Assembly: GCA_964635905.1 (NCBI GenBank)
Contig: CAZWPK010000001.1
Span: 68,894 to 132,893 of the forward strand
Length of the DNA: 64,000 nucleotides
Direction: 5' to 3'
Source: an uncultured Pseudomonadales bacterium
GTDB lineage: Bacteria; Patescibacteriota; Microgenomatia; UBA1400; UBA12028
A program made the position numbers and the translations under genes. The notes under the pieces were generated by a model, which was given only the letters and a program-made list of their open reading frames with translations, searched no databases and was not told the DNA's origin. How positions within the stretch are numbered: the stretch's first letter is position 1; every line of letters starts with the position of its first letter. Below, piece by piece: positions 51,059 through 61,124 of this stretch.

Positions 51059-51067
51059 TTATCCACA
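51059..51067 (+). promoter_or_regulatory. DnaA-box consensus, with degenerate neighbours
   Basis: TTATCCACA, plus same-orientation TACTCCACA, CTATACACA and CAATCCACA within 200 nt. Confidence 0.4.
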
Positions 51068-51359
51068 TTGTGTACTCCACAAACCAATCTTTTTACACGT
51101 TTCACAACGATCAGACTCTCTCATACCCATTCAACTATCATGATTATCGGGGAAAAAGCACGATCTATACACAACAAAGAAAAAACTGTATATTGTTGTG
51201 TTAGTACCATAGAAAAGAGATCGAAACACAACATTGCAATTTACTTGAGTACAATCCACAATCGTGTGAGCATTGTACCCAATGGGGGATCTGTGTCATT
51301 TTCATTTCACCTTACAAGAATGTGATTATTGAACCCTTTATCGCAATCAAAGACACACT

Positions 51360-52160
51360 ATGAAGAAATTAAAAAAAGAACTGTTACTCACGCTGTATTG
51401 TGTGCGCAGCAGTACCCATCCCGCACTTTCCGTGGGTGTGTCGTATCCTTTCCTGAATTCCATCCTTGAGTACTCTTCTAGCTCTATTCGGGAAGTCATC
51501 TCGAGCTGGGTTGCGTTGGGAGTGGTAACTGTAGTGCGTCACAACTCTATCCTGCACTTTACGCTTTCTTCCCGAGGTATGGAGCTCGTGACAGCCTCAT
51601 TTCCGGCATTTTTTGCACCAAATGGACGACAGGAGCCTGAGCAAGTGACGGTCTGTATCTGTACTGCCAAAACTAGTTCCAAAGAGTATCAAGACGTAGC
51701 GTCAACACTAGCGCAGTGGGGAACACAACTCACACGGACTGTATGGATTGGACCACCGCTCTCCACCATCCAACAACAGAAGCTCTATCACAACACAAGC
51801 GTTGTCGTAGTTACTCAGGGAATTCTTGCAGGAAATCTTTCTCAAGTGGGAGGAATCGACGCAGCACTCCAGCATCGACTGCAACAATATGTGAAAAAAG
51901 TCTCTACAGAGCTGCTTGCGTTAAAGCAGATGAAAGTGGCAAAATTCCCACGTCCCACTTCCGCGGTAAAAAAGATGCAATTATTGCTCCAAATATTTAC
52001 GCAAAACGACTGGAAGTTGGCGGCAATAGCAGGCAATATATTACCGCATAGTCAAGAAACCAGCACTCACTTCGATGAATTCTTAACACTGACGTCAATT
52101 CTATTCGTTCATCTATTACTGCATGATAAAACCAGAAGAATACCCAATGCGTCAATATAA
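51360..52160 (+). CDS. Hypothetical protein, possibly PaaX-like winged-helix regulator
   Basis: SSIREVISSWVALGVV..FTLSSRG resembles a wHTH, and GTQLTRTVWIGP resembles the PaaX central domain. Weak. Confidence 0.45.
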   Translation: MKKLKKELLLTLYCVRSSTHPALSVGVSYPFLNSILEYSSSSIREVISSWVALGVVTVVRHNSILHFTLSSRGMELVTASFPAFFAPNGRQEPEQVTVCICTAKTSSKEYQDVASTLAQWGTQLTRTVWIGPPLSTIQQQKLYHNTSVVVVTQGILAGNLSQVGGIDAALQHRLQQYVKKVSTELLALKQMKVAKFPRPTSAVKKMQLLLQIFTQNDWKLAAIAGNILPHSQETSTHFDEFLTLTSILFVHLLLHDKTRRIPNASI

Positions 52161-52822
52161 CTACGTATTTCATGCGACAAAGATCGATTCACGAATTCAC
52201 GATAATTTGCGATATACGTTACTACTATAAGATAATTGATGCAAAAACTCCTACGAGATCACCATTCCAGTGTATACTGAGACTAAGAAAAGAAAAGACG
52301 GATGATTCAAGCTAATTTGAATTCAAATTCGTTAGCACTAGCATGAACCAAGTGATTTCCCCTCAAGTGATAATTTTTGATGGAATATTGCAATAAATCA
52401 GCGCGATTCTGTAGAATGGGGAATATTTAGGGTGCATTGTCCGATTTGTCCCAGCCTTTCTCCAGAGTAGAAGCCTATGCGCAGGAAACTCGGAAAAAAA
52501 CAGCTCCTGTTCATCACAACCGTCTCGATCTTCACCTTTCCACTGTGCTCGCGCTTCGTACAACATTGCGGCTTAATAACAGAAAGCACAACCATCCCCA
52601 ATCGATGGAAAGAACCGAAACCTCATTGGGAAAGAGTAGAGTAATGGAATGGTAAGGGTAAAATCAAAAAGGGTGGATGCATCCAAGCGCAAAGAGGGAT
52701 GAAATAGTTAGCGGAAGACGGTTGACGCTGCTACTCGTTCGGGTTGGTATAACTCTTATACCCAAGTGAAACGAATGAAAAGGATTGTGGAGCAAACACT
52801 CTTACAAATAGGCCTATAGCAG

Positions 52823-52851
52823 TTGAGTTTTCTTTACATAAATGATACAAT
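52823..52851 (+). promoter_or_regulatory. Sigma70-type promoter about 420 nt upstream of the 53270 ORF
   Basis: TTGAGT-17 nt-TACAAT with an extended TG. Confidence 0.5.
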
Positions 52852-53269
52852 TCTCTTTTGATTGAGATCAAACAAGAACTAGAGCCCTAGGTCCCTACCG
52901 ATCTCGACTCTTCTTCTTTTTGTTATCTCCATCAGATTCGCTTTTTTACAAGCTAAAATCGCGCTCTCACTGTCTTGCCAGGCAGGGAGAAAAGACTCTC
53001 ATTCTTGAGCCTAGGATCCTACACACCCTGTGTTTTCGATCATAGATTCAAGCCGGCGCCTAAACTAATATTTAGGCTCTGGAAGAGATAGACGGCACAT
53101 TGGATAGATGCGGGGCGATACGCCCCGTTTTACGTTCATGAGCCTGTCTGTCAGCCCTTTACAAAGTTCATGTTACTAAGCCTAAAACTCCTTCATCTAT
53201 TTGGCTTGCATTGTGGGTTCTACTGGAATCTAGAATGCAGGTCATATAGCTATAGGGAGCGAAAAGAAA

Positions 53270-54190
53270 ATGACCCAGCAGAGCACTGACCAAGACCAGG
53301 TCTTTATTTCGGAATTTTTCGCACGTTATCCATGGTTGACAGATGAGACAAACATCAGTCGGATCCTCATGGATCGGTGGTATCAGGAGTATCGGGCGGA
53401 GCTTCCCCACACGACTGCTCTCGCGGCGCATTTCTTAAAGCAGGTGGAGAAGAATCTACTCTATCTGCTTTCAGAGGCACAGGGACTGGAGTTAAAGGCT
53501 CCCGCCCGCTATCCATTGCCCGTGCCCGCATCGAAGTGGGAAAAGCCAGGTGATCTCGCGAATCAGCTCTTCAAACCAGGGAGCTACGGGAACGCAACCG
53601 TGCCTCAGCCCATCGAGGCGAAGGAGGTAGAGGAACCCAAACCGGTCGATCCGGAAGACCCCATCCCTGACATGGACCTCCCGCCACGTCTGGAGCGTTG
53701 GATCGTCAACATGATCACCGTCCTGGACCCGGATGCGGAGATCCGGAGCAGGTTGGTAATCGCCTACGGTGCGGACATTGCGACCTCGATCGTCACTGCG
53801 ACCCGGAACACATGGGGGGCAGACCCAGGATCTGTTGCAGTTGCGGTGTTTCTCAACGTCATGGGCAGTTTCTCTGAGCTCGTGTTCCGGTTCGGCTTCA
53901 CAAGCTTCATGCATCGGATTCGCAGGTGGGACACGCGCAGTGCTGGCGATTTTGTCTTGCATCTCATTTATCTAGGGATGGCGCTCTTCGTTGCGCTCTT
54001 GGGCGGCGGAGGCTTCGTGTATAACTTTTCGATGACCGTCGAGTTCTTCGATAACCTGGCGCCAGCGGCGCTGGTGGTCTTCGAGATCGCGATGCCCATC
54101 AGCGTAGGCGCACTGTTCGGACTCCTCGTTACCTCGATCATGACAATGATCGAGTTGGAGTACCTCCTGGACAAGGTTCGCAAGAACTAA
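53270..54190 (+). CDS. Hypothetical membrane protein (three C-terminal TM helices), GC-rich
   Basis: 306-aa ORF with a Pro-rich linker and hydrophobic C-terminus, GGGAG upstream, terminator downstream. Confidence 0.75.
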   Translation: MTQQSTDQDQVFISEFFARYPWLTDETNISRILMDRWYQEYRAELPHTTALAAHFLKQVEKNLLYLLSEAQGLELKAPARYPLPVPASKWEKPGDLANQLFKPGSYGNATVPQPIEAKEVEEPKPVDPEDPIPDMDLPPRLERWIVNMITVLDPDAEIRSRLVIAYGADIATSIVTATRNTWGADPGSVAVAVFLNVMGSFSELVFRFGFTSFMHRIRRWDTRSAGDFVLHLIYLGMALFVALLGGGGFVYNFSMTVEFFDNLAPAALVVFEIAMPISVGALFGLLVTSIMTMIELEYLLDKVRKN

Positions 54191-54209
54191 ACATGAACAA
54201 GGTAAAGGG

Positions 54210-54241
54210 AAAAGCCCCGGGATAAAATCCGGGGCTTTTTC
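54210..54241 (+). terminator. Rho-independent terminator
   Basis: AAAAGCCCCGG-GATAAAAT-CCGGGGCTTTTT. Confidence 0.85.
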
Positions 54242-54255
54242 ATATCTAGATACGA

Positions 54256-54283
54256 AAATGGCGCCCATTACTGAGCGCCATTT
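54256..54283 (-). terminator. Hairpin terminating the convergent small ORF
   Basis: AAATGGCGC-N10-GCGCCATTT. Confidence 0.6.
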
Positions 54284-54292
54284 ACTGAATAT

Positions 54293-54481
54293 TCACTTCT
54301 GACGGAAGTTTCGCGAAGCAGACGACGGTGAAGTCCTTTTGGCATTACGATAGTTTTCCATTCTTTCAAAATTTAGCCGCGTCGCGCGCGGCTTAAAGAA
54401 AGCGATCCCCACCAGGGTGAGGATCCCGAAGCCCGCGCATCCCAGCGCGAGGCCAACTGTTAGTAAACTATTAACGTCCAT
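54293..54481 (-). CDS. Small single-TM protein with basic tail (62 aa)
   Basis: AGGAG before ATG, TTGAAT-17-TACACT promoter at 54659-54631, downstream hairpin. Confidence 0.6.
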   Translation of the reverse strand: MDVNSLLTVGLALGCAGFGILTLVGIAFFKPRATRLNFERMENYRNAKRTSPSSASRNFRQK

Positions 54482-54675
54482 CTTTTCTCCTCTCCGTGGA
54501 CGGGATCAAGAAACTGTAAGTGATTCCTAATCCTATCCACCGAGTGGATTTAAGCTTATTCAGTATTAAAGAGCTTCTCTATGCACTCAACTCTAGACGC
54601 CTTGTCTAAAAGAGAACTATAGAATCCTATAGTGTATTACTTTGCGGGGATTTATTCAAGAATTAATTCAGAATT

Positions 54676-56880
54676 TTAATCTTCAACCGGTTTTGTTGTC
54701 TCAACTTCTTCTTTCTTTTCTTCCTGTTTCTCCTGACTCTTTGGTCCTGCCATCATGGTTTTCTTCTTGGCATATTGTTCTCTGGAGGAGCGTAACACCT
54801 TGGCTTTGTTTTGATTATTGGAGCTTGCTAGCCCCAGCGTATGGGCGGGGAATGGTCTGGAGGTGGTCCCATCTATCATGAGCTTGATAATGATCTGGTA
54901 GCGGGAGAGGGAGACTAAGTCCTCTTGGGTATACATATTCCCGTATTCTTGCTGCAACTGTGCCGCATCGGAAGCTCCCAGGATGAAACTGGCAATGGTG
55001 CCAGCATTTCCAAAGATTGCAGATTTTACCTCTGGAGGGATCTGGTCCATGTACTGGTTGGCCAGGATTAAGTTGAGGCGATACTTTCGTGCCTCGGAGA
55101 GAATCTTGATGAAACTGGTGGTGGCAAAGTTTTGAAACTCATCGATATAGAGATAGAAATCCTTGCGATCGGCTTCTGCTTTGTAGACGCGATTCATGGC
55201 GGCTAACTGAATCTTGGTAATCAACATGGCGCCTAGAAGGGCGGCATTATCTTCACCCAGTTTTCCCTGGGAGACGTTAATCAAGAGAATCTTGCCGGAA
55301 TCCATGATGTCTTCGATGTTGATGGAGCTGTGTTGGGCGTTGACCACATCGCGGATGATCGGGGAGGTCACAAACTGTCCCACCTTGTTTAAGATCGGGG
55401 AAATCGCCTCGGTCCGCAGGCGTTCCTGCATGGGGTTAAACTCCTTGATCCAGAAGTTCTTTAACACGGGATCTTGCAGATTCTCTACCACGCGTTCTCG
55501 ATACTTCTCATTGGTCAGCATCGTAATTACGTCTTCTAATCGTGCTTGCTTGGACAGCAGGGTTAACAGGGTATTGCGCAAGATATATTCCAGTCGTGGT
55601 CCCCAAGAGTGGGCATACATCTTCTGAAAGATAGCCACAATTCCGGAGGCAATCAGTTCGCGATGGACTTCCGAGCCTCCCTCAAAGAGGTTGATCTTGA
55701 CTACGGCCTCGGGGTCGGATGGATCCAGATAGATCACATCGTTGATGCGGTGTTTGGGAATGTAATCGAGGATCGTCTCGATTAAGTCTCCATGCGGATC
55801 AATGACTGCCAGCCCTTTACCATGCTTTAAATCATTAATGATCATGTTGGCAAGTAACGTGGATTTTCCGGTACCAGACTTTCCCACCACATACATGTGA
55901 CGCCGTCGATCTTCTTCTTTGATTCCAAAGATCTGCTGAGCGTTCTTTAACTCGGTCTTGGCAAACAGATTGACATTATTTTTCTCTTCCTCAGGTAATG
56001 TGGCAAAGATAGGCAGGGTATCCGGTGGTTCTCCCCGTAGTGATTTTCCCCAGGCAATATTCTTGACGGAATTTACCAGCTTGTGGGGGAGATGACAGAG
56101 GGCAGCTAACTCTTCTTCGCTACAGTACAGTTTTCCAAACCATGGGGTGCGTGTCGTCATCAGGGAAAGCAATTTCTTATTCCCAAATAAACTGCTCTTT
56201 AATTCCAGACTATTCGTCTCACTGCTAAAGGCGTTATACGCATGATCTAAATCATGCACGATCTGGGTGGCACGTTCCGGTGTTGCTGCCTGTGCCAATA
56301 TTCCAATCCCACACTCAAACCCGACTTGGGCTAACTTTTTACTGATCTGTTCTTTGTGGGGATGCATTTTGGCAGGATCCGCAATTACCGATTGACCGGT
56401 ACTCTTCCAGGATTCCTTGGCTTTGCGCAAATGAATCTGAATCAAGGCACATTCTTCGGGCATGAGCTTGCTTAGATTCGAAAACACCGAGGCCAACAGA
56501 TCACTATCCGGATTCGTGGAGACCGTCTTTAGGGGCAAGTAGGCCGCATTCCGCAGCTTTAATTCGCGTGCATGCTTGGGTCTGGTATGCAAAAACTCAT
56601 CAAGAGGGTTATGTTCCAGCTTGGTAATCAGTGCTTCGGGGTAGGCTGCCGTTAACTGGCTATGAATGAAACTCTCCAGATGAGCAGGGATGGTCAAGAA
56701 GGTATAGATTGTTTGTCCCTGATTAAAGAACTCGACCGTAATGGATGGAGCTTGCTTGAACACATCTAGTAATCCGTGGGGAGGTGAAGGGAGGGTAGCA
56801 AAAAACTGCGCAGCCGCAGAAGATCCTTGCGGGCTTTCTCGATGATTTCTGATCTCAAAGGTGATGCTCTGCGCACTCAT
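54676..56880 (-). CDS. VirB4/TraG/TrwB-like (HerA/FtsK superfamily) ATPase
   Basis: RRRHMYVVGKSGTGKST, IDPHGDL, LYIDEFQNF, LSEARKYRL, ANQY. Confidence 0.9.
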   Translation of the reverse strand: MSAQSITFEIRNHRESPQGSSAAAQFFATLPSPPHGLLDVFKQAPSITVEFFNQGQTIYTFLTIPAHLESFIHSQLTAAYPEALITKLEHNPLDEFLHTRPKHARELKLRNAAYLPLKTVSTNPDSDLLASVFSNLSKLMPEECALIQIHLRKAKESWKSTGQSVIADPAKMHPHKEQISKKLAQVGFECGIGILAQAATPERATQIVHDLDHAYNAFSSETNSLELKSSLFGNKKLLSLMTTRTPWFGKLYCSEEELAALCHLPHKLVNSVKNIAWGKSLRGEPPDTLPIFATLPEEEKNNVNLFAKTELKNAQQIFGIKEEDRRRHMYVVGKSGTGKSTLLANMIINDLKHGKGLAVIDPHGDLIETILDYIPKHRINDVIYLDPSDPEAVVKINLFEGGSEVHRELIASGIVAIFQKMYAHSWGPRLEYILRNTLLTLLSKQARLEDVITMLTNEKYRERVVENLQDPVLKNFWIKEFNPMQERLRTEAISPILNKVGQFVTSPIIRDVVNAQHSSINIEDIMDSGKILLINVSQGKLGEDNAALLGAMLITKIQLAAMNRVYKAEADRKDFYLYIDEFQNFATTSFIKILSEARKYRLNLILANQYMDQIPPEVKSAIFGNAGTIASFILGASDAAQLQQEYGNMYTQEDLVSLSRYQIIIKLMIDGTTSRPFPAHTLGLASSNNQNKAKVLRSSREQYAKKKTMMAGPKSQEKQEEKKEEVETTKPVED

Positions 56881-56898
56881 ACAGTGTTAAGTGTAGCA

Positions 56899-57213
56899 TT
56901 ATTCTTGTTTGCGAAGTTTGCGCAACTCCGATTGTGTATGCTGATGGACAATCGAAATGATGTAAGTCTGGTAGGGAAGGCGACGTTGATTTGCCACGGT
57001 CTGGATGTCTGCCAGATCTGCTTCACTGATACGGAGTGAGATCATTTTATTTTTCCGCTGTTTTGCAGAGTTTGCAGCAATTTTTTGATACCGTTTTTTT
57101 TCTTCCTCGAAGTTGGGAATTGTTGTTAAGGAACCGCTTTCAAACGCATCTTCGATTTCTTGCTCTTGTGGATCTAAGATAATGGTGTGCTCGTCAGGAT
57201 TATAGTTTTTCAT
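56899..57213 (-). CDS. Antitoxin, BrnA/CopG-like ribbon-helix-helix
   Basis: LDPQEQEIEDAFE..KMISLRISEADLADIQ..LPYQTYI. Start at ATG 57213. Confidence 0.8.
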   Translation of the reverse strand: MKNYNPDEHTIILDPQEQEIEDAFESGSLTTIPNFEEEKKRYQKIAANSAKQRKNKMISLRISEADLADIQTVANQRRLPYQTYIISIVHQHTQSELRKLRKQE

Positions 57214-57215
57214 AA

Positions 57216-57363
57216 TTACCTCTTCGATAAATAATATTTTGTTGCTTTTCGACTTGGGTAGCACGTCTTTATAAATATTTTTTCTGCATCCTCTACGAAG
57301 GGGACAAAGAAAACATAGGCCTCTATTTCAATTTTTCTCTTCATTCCACCGAATCGTCTTCAT
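57216..57363 (-). pseudogene. BrnT-like toxin remnant with internal deletion and frameshift
   Basis: MKTIRWNEEKN* then, in another frame, IEIEAYVFFVPFVEDAEKIFIKTCYPSRKATKYYLSKR*, ending 2 nt before the antitoxin ATG. Confidence 0.8.
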
Positions 57364-57382
57364 ACATTCTCAATCCACCCAT

Positions 57383-57411
57383 AGTGTAATACGGCGTATA
57401 TACAATGTCAA
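57383..57411 (-). promoter_or_regulatory. TA operon promoter with overlapping near-palindrome
   Basis: TTGACA-17-TACACT. The imperfect inverted repeat TGTAATACG-G-CGTATATACA spans the spacer. Confidence 0.7.
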
Positions 57412-57533
57412 TTCATCGCATTACAGTATTGAGTTGCTTTCTCGACCGATAAGACCTATAATAACAATCTACTCTCACCCCATACTACATGGGGAATGAG
57501 AGTCTTGTCCTTTGATTTCTAGCGGAGGCAAAA

Positions 57534-57809
57534 ATGTTCGGGAATGCACTACTGATTGCTGGTATCGGGATCCTGACGATGATTCCACTCTCGTTTGCGG
57601 TCGCGGTACTCTCGAAGAGAACGGGAGAAGACTTCTTAGGGTCTGTGCTAAAAACTATCGTCGTCAACGGTGGACTTGGGGTAGTTTACTACCTCATTTT
57701 CATCAAGGCAGGGGTGCCCTACGACCCCTGGCAAACGCTCCTGACTGCTGGGTCGGCCATTGTGGCTGCCCTTATCAGTAATGTTGTCGTTTTCGTCTTC
57801 CGCCGCTAG
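57534..57809 (+). CDS. Small three-TM membrane protein (91 aa)
   Basis: GGAGG before ATG, three hydrophobic helices, terminator downstream. Confidence 0.7.
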   Translation: MFGNALLIAGIGILTMIPLSFAVAVLSKRTGEDFLGSVLKTIVVNGGLGVVYYLIFIKAGVPYDPWQTLLTAGSAIVAALISNVVVFVFRR

Positions 57810-57817
57810 ATCTCATG

Positions 57818-57841
57818 GCCCGCCCCCACAGTGGGGCGGGC
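57818..57841 (+). terminator. GC-rich hairpin, probable terminator
   Basis: GCCCGCCCC-N6-GGGGCGGGC followed by a T-rich tract. Confidence 0.65.
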
Positions 57842-57950
57842 TAGTACGTTTCTTTCCTCTGATTTCCTTTTGTATTTTTTCCCATATATTCCTCTCGTTT
57901 GTTGCGGGATTTCATTGCACACAAATTCAAGATACAATAACGCCTACACT

Positions 57951-60473
57951 ATGAACCCATATAACCCACAAGAAATCGAAGAAAAATGGTTACACACTTG
58001 GGAAGAGAATCATCTCTTTCAGGGAACTGCAAAATCCCTTGCGACCAAATCGCTAGAAAATAAGTTCTACGCGCTCTTTGCCTTTGCCTATCCTTCTGGC
58101 TCAGGACTCCATGTGGGACATGTTGAATCCAAAACCGCGTTAGACATTCTGGTGCGCTACTTACGCATGCAGGGGAAAGATGTCTTTTTCCCCGTTGGTT
58201 GGGATGCCTTTGGACTTCCGGCAGAAAACTATGCCATCAAAACCGGTGTTCCTCCAGCTACAACCACCAAAGATGCAATCAATACTTTTCGCCGTCAGAT
58301 TAAACGCGTCGGGATCTCGTATGACTGGGAAACCGAGATTGCCACCTGTCATCCTGGCTACTACAAGTGGACGCAATGGATCTTTGTGCAGTTGTTCAAA
58401 GCCGGGTTAGCATATAGGGACAAAGGCTGGGTGAACTGGTGTCCATCCTGCAAGACCGTGCTTGCCAACGAGCAAGTCGTCAACGGCACTTGTGAACGCT
58501 GTGGGTCGGCGGTCATCCAAAAAGAACTAGAACAGTGGAAATTCAAAATCACCAAGTACCAAGATGAATTACTCGAAGGCCTGGAAACCGTTGACTGGCC
58601 AAAAGCAACCAAAGACCAACAGATGAACTGGATTGGAAAATCCAAAGGTCTCTCGATTGATTTTGCCCTGCAAGAAAAAGACATCCAACTGACAGTCTGG
58701 ACTAAGTTCTGGGAAACCGTGTTTGGTGTGACATTTGTGGTGATTGCTCCCGAGAAATTTAACGAACTGGAACTCATGGATGTTGTTCCCGTAGAGCATC
58801 AATCCAAAGTCGCTACGTATCTGGATGCCGCATTCCATATGACGGAAGAACAACGCAGAATCGGGGAGAAACATAAAACCGGTGTGGATACTGGCTTAAC
58901 CGTCAAAAACCCCGTCAATGGTGTCTTGGTTCCGCTGTATGTCGCAGACTACGTGCTCCGCAATGTCGGTACTGGAGTGGTCATGGGTGTTCCTTCTCAT
59001 GATGAGCGCGACTTTGCCTTTGCCAAGAAATTTAATCTTCCCTTGATTCAAGTTGTTGCGTATGCCGATGCAGAATTAAACGCCAAAGTCGCCTCTGGAG
59101 ACTCTTGGGCAGAAGGAGAGGGAAGGCTCCTACATTCTGGAGAATTTGATGGACAGTCCGCATGGGGTGAGGGAAAAGCTGCCATGGCGGAATGGATGAT
59201 CGAAAAAGGGGTTGCCAAGTGGCAAACCACCTACAAACTCCGTGACTGGCTAATCTCTCGACAACGCTATTGGGGTGCTCCCATCCCGATGGTTTTCTGT
59301 GAGACGTGTAAGGCAGCCAATAAAGGCGAACAGGAAGCGATGCCTGGCTGGTATAGCATTCAAGAGACGGCGTTACCTGTCCTACTTCCCGAGGTACCCG
59401 ATTTCCGTCCCACTGACGACGGAAAGTCTCCCATCGAAAAAGCTCCGGAAGAGTGGAAATACACCACCTGTCCCGGATGTGGCGGGCAAGCCAAACGCGA
59501 AGTCGACACCATGGATACCTTTGTGGATTCCAGTTGGTATTACTTGCGCTACGCCTTCTCCCGTGATGAATCACAGATCTTTAATCCTGAGGTGACCAAC
59601 GCACTCCTCCCAGTGGATATGTACTTAATTGGGCCTGAACATATCGTCTTACATCTTCTCTATGCGCGGTTCTTTACCAAGTTCTTGCGTGATCAAGGGT
59701 ATCTCTCCTTTGATGAACCATTCCAAAAAATGCGTCATCAAGGCATGATCTTGGGTCCTGACGGCAAGAAGATGAGTAAGAGTAAAGGGAACGTCATCAA
59801 TCCGGATGATGTGATCGAAAAGTTTGGCGCTGATACACTACGCGTCTACGAAATGTTCATGGGTCCTCTAGATGCCGACAAGGCCTGGGACATGAGTAGT
59901 GTTGCGGGCGTCTATCGGTTCCTGAACCGTGTGTACAGCCTATTTTCAAAGAATCAAGAATTACTCAAGGGAGCTCCACAAAAATCCAGCAAAGATCCGC
60001 TGCGCATCAAACTGCATTGGGCAATCGAGAAGGTAGGGAAGGATCTGCCAGAATTGAAGTTTAATACCGCAATTGCGGCCTTGATGGAACTCCTCAACGT
60101 CTGGCAAGCAAGTCTGGAAACGTCGGTGGGCTTGACATCCAAAGAATTGGAAACGGTTGCCAAGCTGCTTGCACCACTCGCCCCATTCCTTTCTGAAGAG
60201 CTCTGGAGCAGTCTAGGGAATACCGAATCCATTCATCAACAGTCTTGGCCAGTACTTGATCAGGATATGTTGACTCAAACAGCGATTGAAATTGCGGTGC
60301 AATTGAACGGGAAAGTGAAACTGCGACTGCAGCTTCCCATTGCGGCTGCAAGCGAATCGGAGTCCCTAAAACAGGCAGTCTTGGACCATTCGGAAGTGAG
60401 AGAACTTCTCGCAAGCCAAACGCCAAAAATGGTCGTAGCCGTGCCAACCAAGCTCGTGAACCTGGTGATCTAA
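57951..60473 (+). CDS. leuS: Leucine--tRNA ligase
   Basis: YPSGSGLHVGH, GWDAFGLPAEN, RDWLISRQRYWG, DTMDTFVDSSWY, KMSKS. Start at ATG 57951. Confidence 0.97.
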   Translation: MNPYNPQEIEEKWLHTWEENHLFQGTAKSLATKSLENKFYALFAFAYPSGSGLHVGHVESKTALDILVRYLRMQGKDVFFPVGWDAFGLPAENYAIKTGVPPATTTKDAINTFRRQIKRVGISYDWETEIATCHPGYYKWTQWIFVQLFKAGLAYRDKGWVNWCPSCKTVLANEQVVNGTCERCGSAVIQKELEQWKFKITKYQDELLEGLETVDWPKATKDQQMNWIGKSKGLSIDFALQEKDIQLTVWTKFWETVFGVTFVVIAPEKFNELELMDVVPVEHQSKVATYLDAAFHMTEEQRRIGEKHKTGVDTGLTVKNPVNGVLVPLYVADYVLRNVGTGVVMGVPSHDERDFAFAKKFNLPLIQVVAYADAELNAKVASGDSWAEGEGRLLHSGEFDGQSAWGEGKAAMAEWMIEKGVAKWQTTYKLRDWLISRQRYWGAPIPMVFCETCKAANKGEQEAMPGWYSIQETALPVLLPEVPDFRPTDDGKSPIEKAPEEWKYTTCPGCGGQAKREVDTMDTFVDSSWYYLRYAFSRDESQIFNPEVTNALLPVDMYLIGPEHIVLHLLYARFFTKFLRDQGYLSFDEPFQKMRHQGMILGPDGKKMSKSKGNVINPDDVIEKFGADTLRVYEMFMGPLDADKAWDMSSVAGVYRFLNRVYSLFSKNQELLKGAPQKSSKDPLRIKLHWAIEKVGKDLPELKFNTAIAALMELLNVWQASLETSVGLTSKELETVAKLLAPLAPFLSEELWSSLGNTESIHQQSWPVLDQDMLTQTAIEIAVQLNGKVKLRLQLPIAAASESESLKQAVLDHSEVRELLASQTPKMVVAVPTKLVNLVI

Positions 60474-60519
60474 CTCCTGCTTGAACAACTAAAAGAGTTG
60501 CTATTAGATAATAGGCAGC

Positions 60520-61113
60520 ATGGATGATTCGTTGCCTCCGTTTGTCCAGCCGTCTGCATCAAAACAAGCGCTTGTGCTTCTAAGCCTCGTTGGAGTGGTC
60601 CTCATTGTCAGTGGTGGGATGTGGTTGTGGCGATCAACTCCTGCACCAATTGTTCCATCTCCAACGCCCTTTGCTCCTAAACGAACGATCGTCGTCGATG
60701 TCCAAGGAGCAGTGCATCATCCTGGCCTTCAAACCCATGAACGTGCGTTTGGCGTGGATTTGCGCGTTGGTGAACTCCTTGCCAGTGCAGGAGGACTGCT
60801 AGCAACCGCTGATCAAGACTATGTGAGTAAACAGATCAATCTCTCTGCCAAGGTAGAGGACGGAGAAAAGATCTACATCCCGACAAGTGGAGAAGTCACC
60901 GTTGCCACGAACCAAGTAATCGCCCAAAAAAACGGAAGGGTTGCAATCAACACGGCATCAAAAGAAGAAATTCTCAAACTCAAAGGCATTGGTGATGTAC
61001 GCGCAGAGACCATTTTGTCCACCCGACCGTTTCGTTCCTTTAGCGACTTTAGTGAAAAGACTGCATTTCCCCAATCAATCCTCACCGCGCTAGAATCGGT
61101 GCTTAGTTTTTAA
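60520..61113 (+). CDS. comEA: Competence protein ComEA (TM, SLBB, HhH)
   Basis: VVDVQGAVHHPG, INLSAKVEDGEKIYIP, INTASKEEILKLKGIG. Confidence 0.9.
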   Translation: MDDSLPPFVQPSASKQALVLLSLVGVVLIVSGGMWLWRSTPAPIVPSPTPFAPKRTIVVDVQGAVHHPGLQTHERAFGVDLRVGELLASAGGLLATADQDYVSKQINLSAKVEDGEKIYIPTSGEVTVATNQVIAQKNGRVAINTASKEEILKLKGIGDVRAETILSTRPFRSFSDFSEKTAFPQSILTALESVLSF

Positions 61114-61124
61114 CGACACAACCT

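Noticed and set aside
54676-56880. Conjugative element inferred from the VirB4/TraG-like ATPase
   Set aside because: No relaxase, other T4SS genes or integrase nearby. Stand-alone ATPases of this type are common in CPR chromosomes.
57831-57950. N-terminal extension of LeuS in the ORF track (similarly 11259, 14571, 17800, 43380, 57264)
   Set aside because: The extensions cross terminators, promoters or neighbouring genes. Downstream ATGs match the family N-termini.
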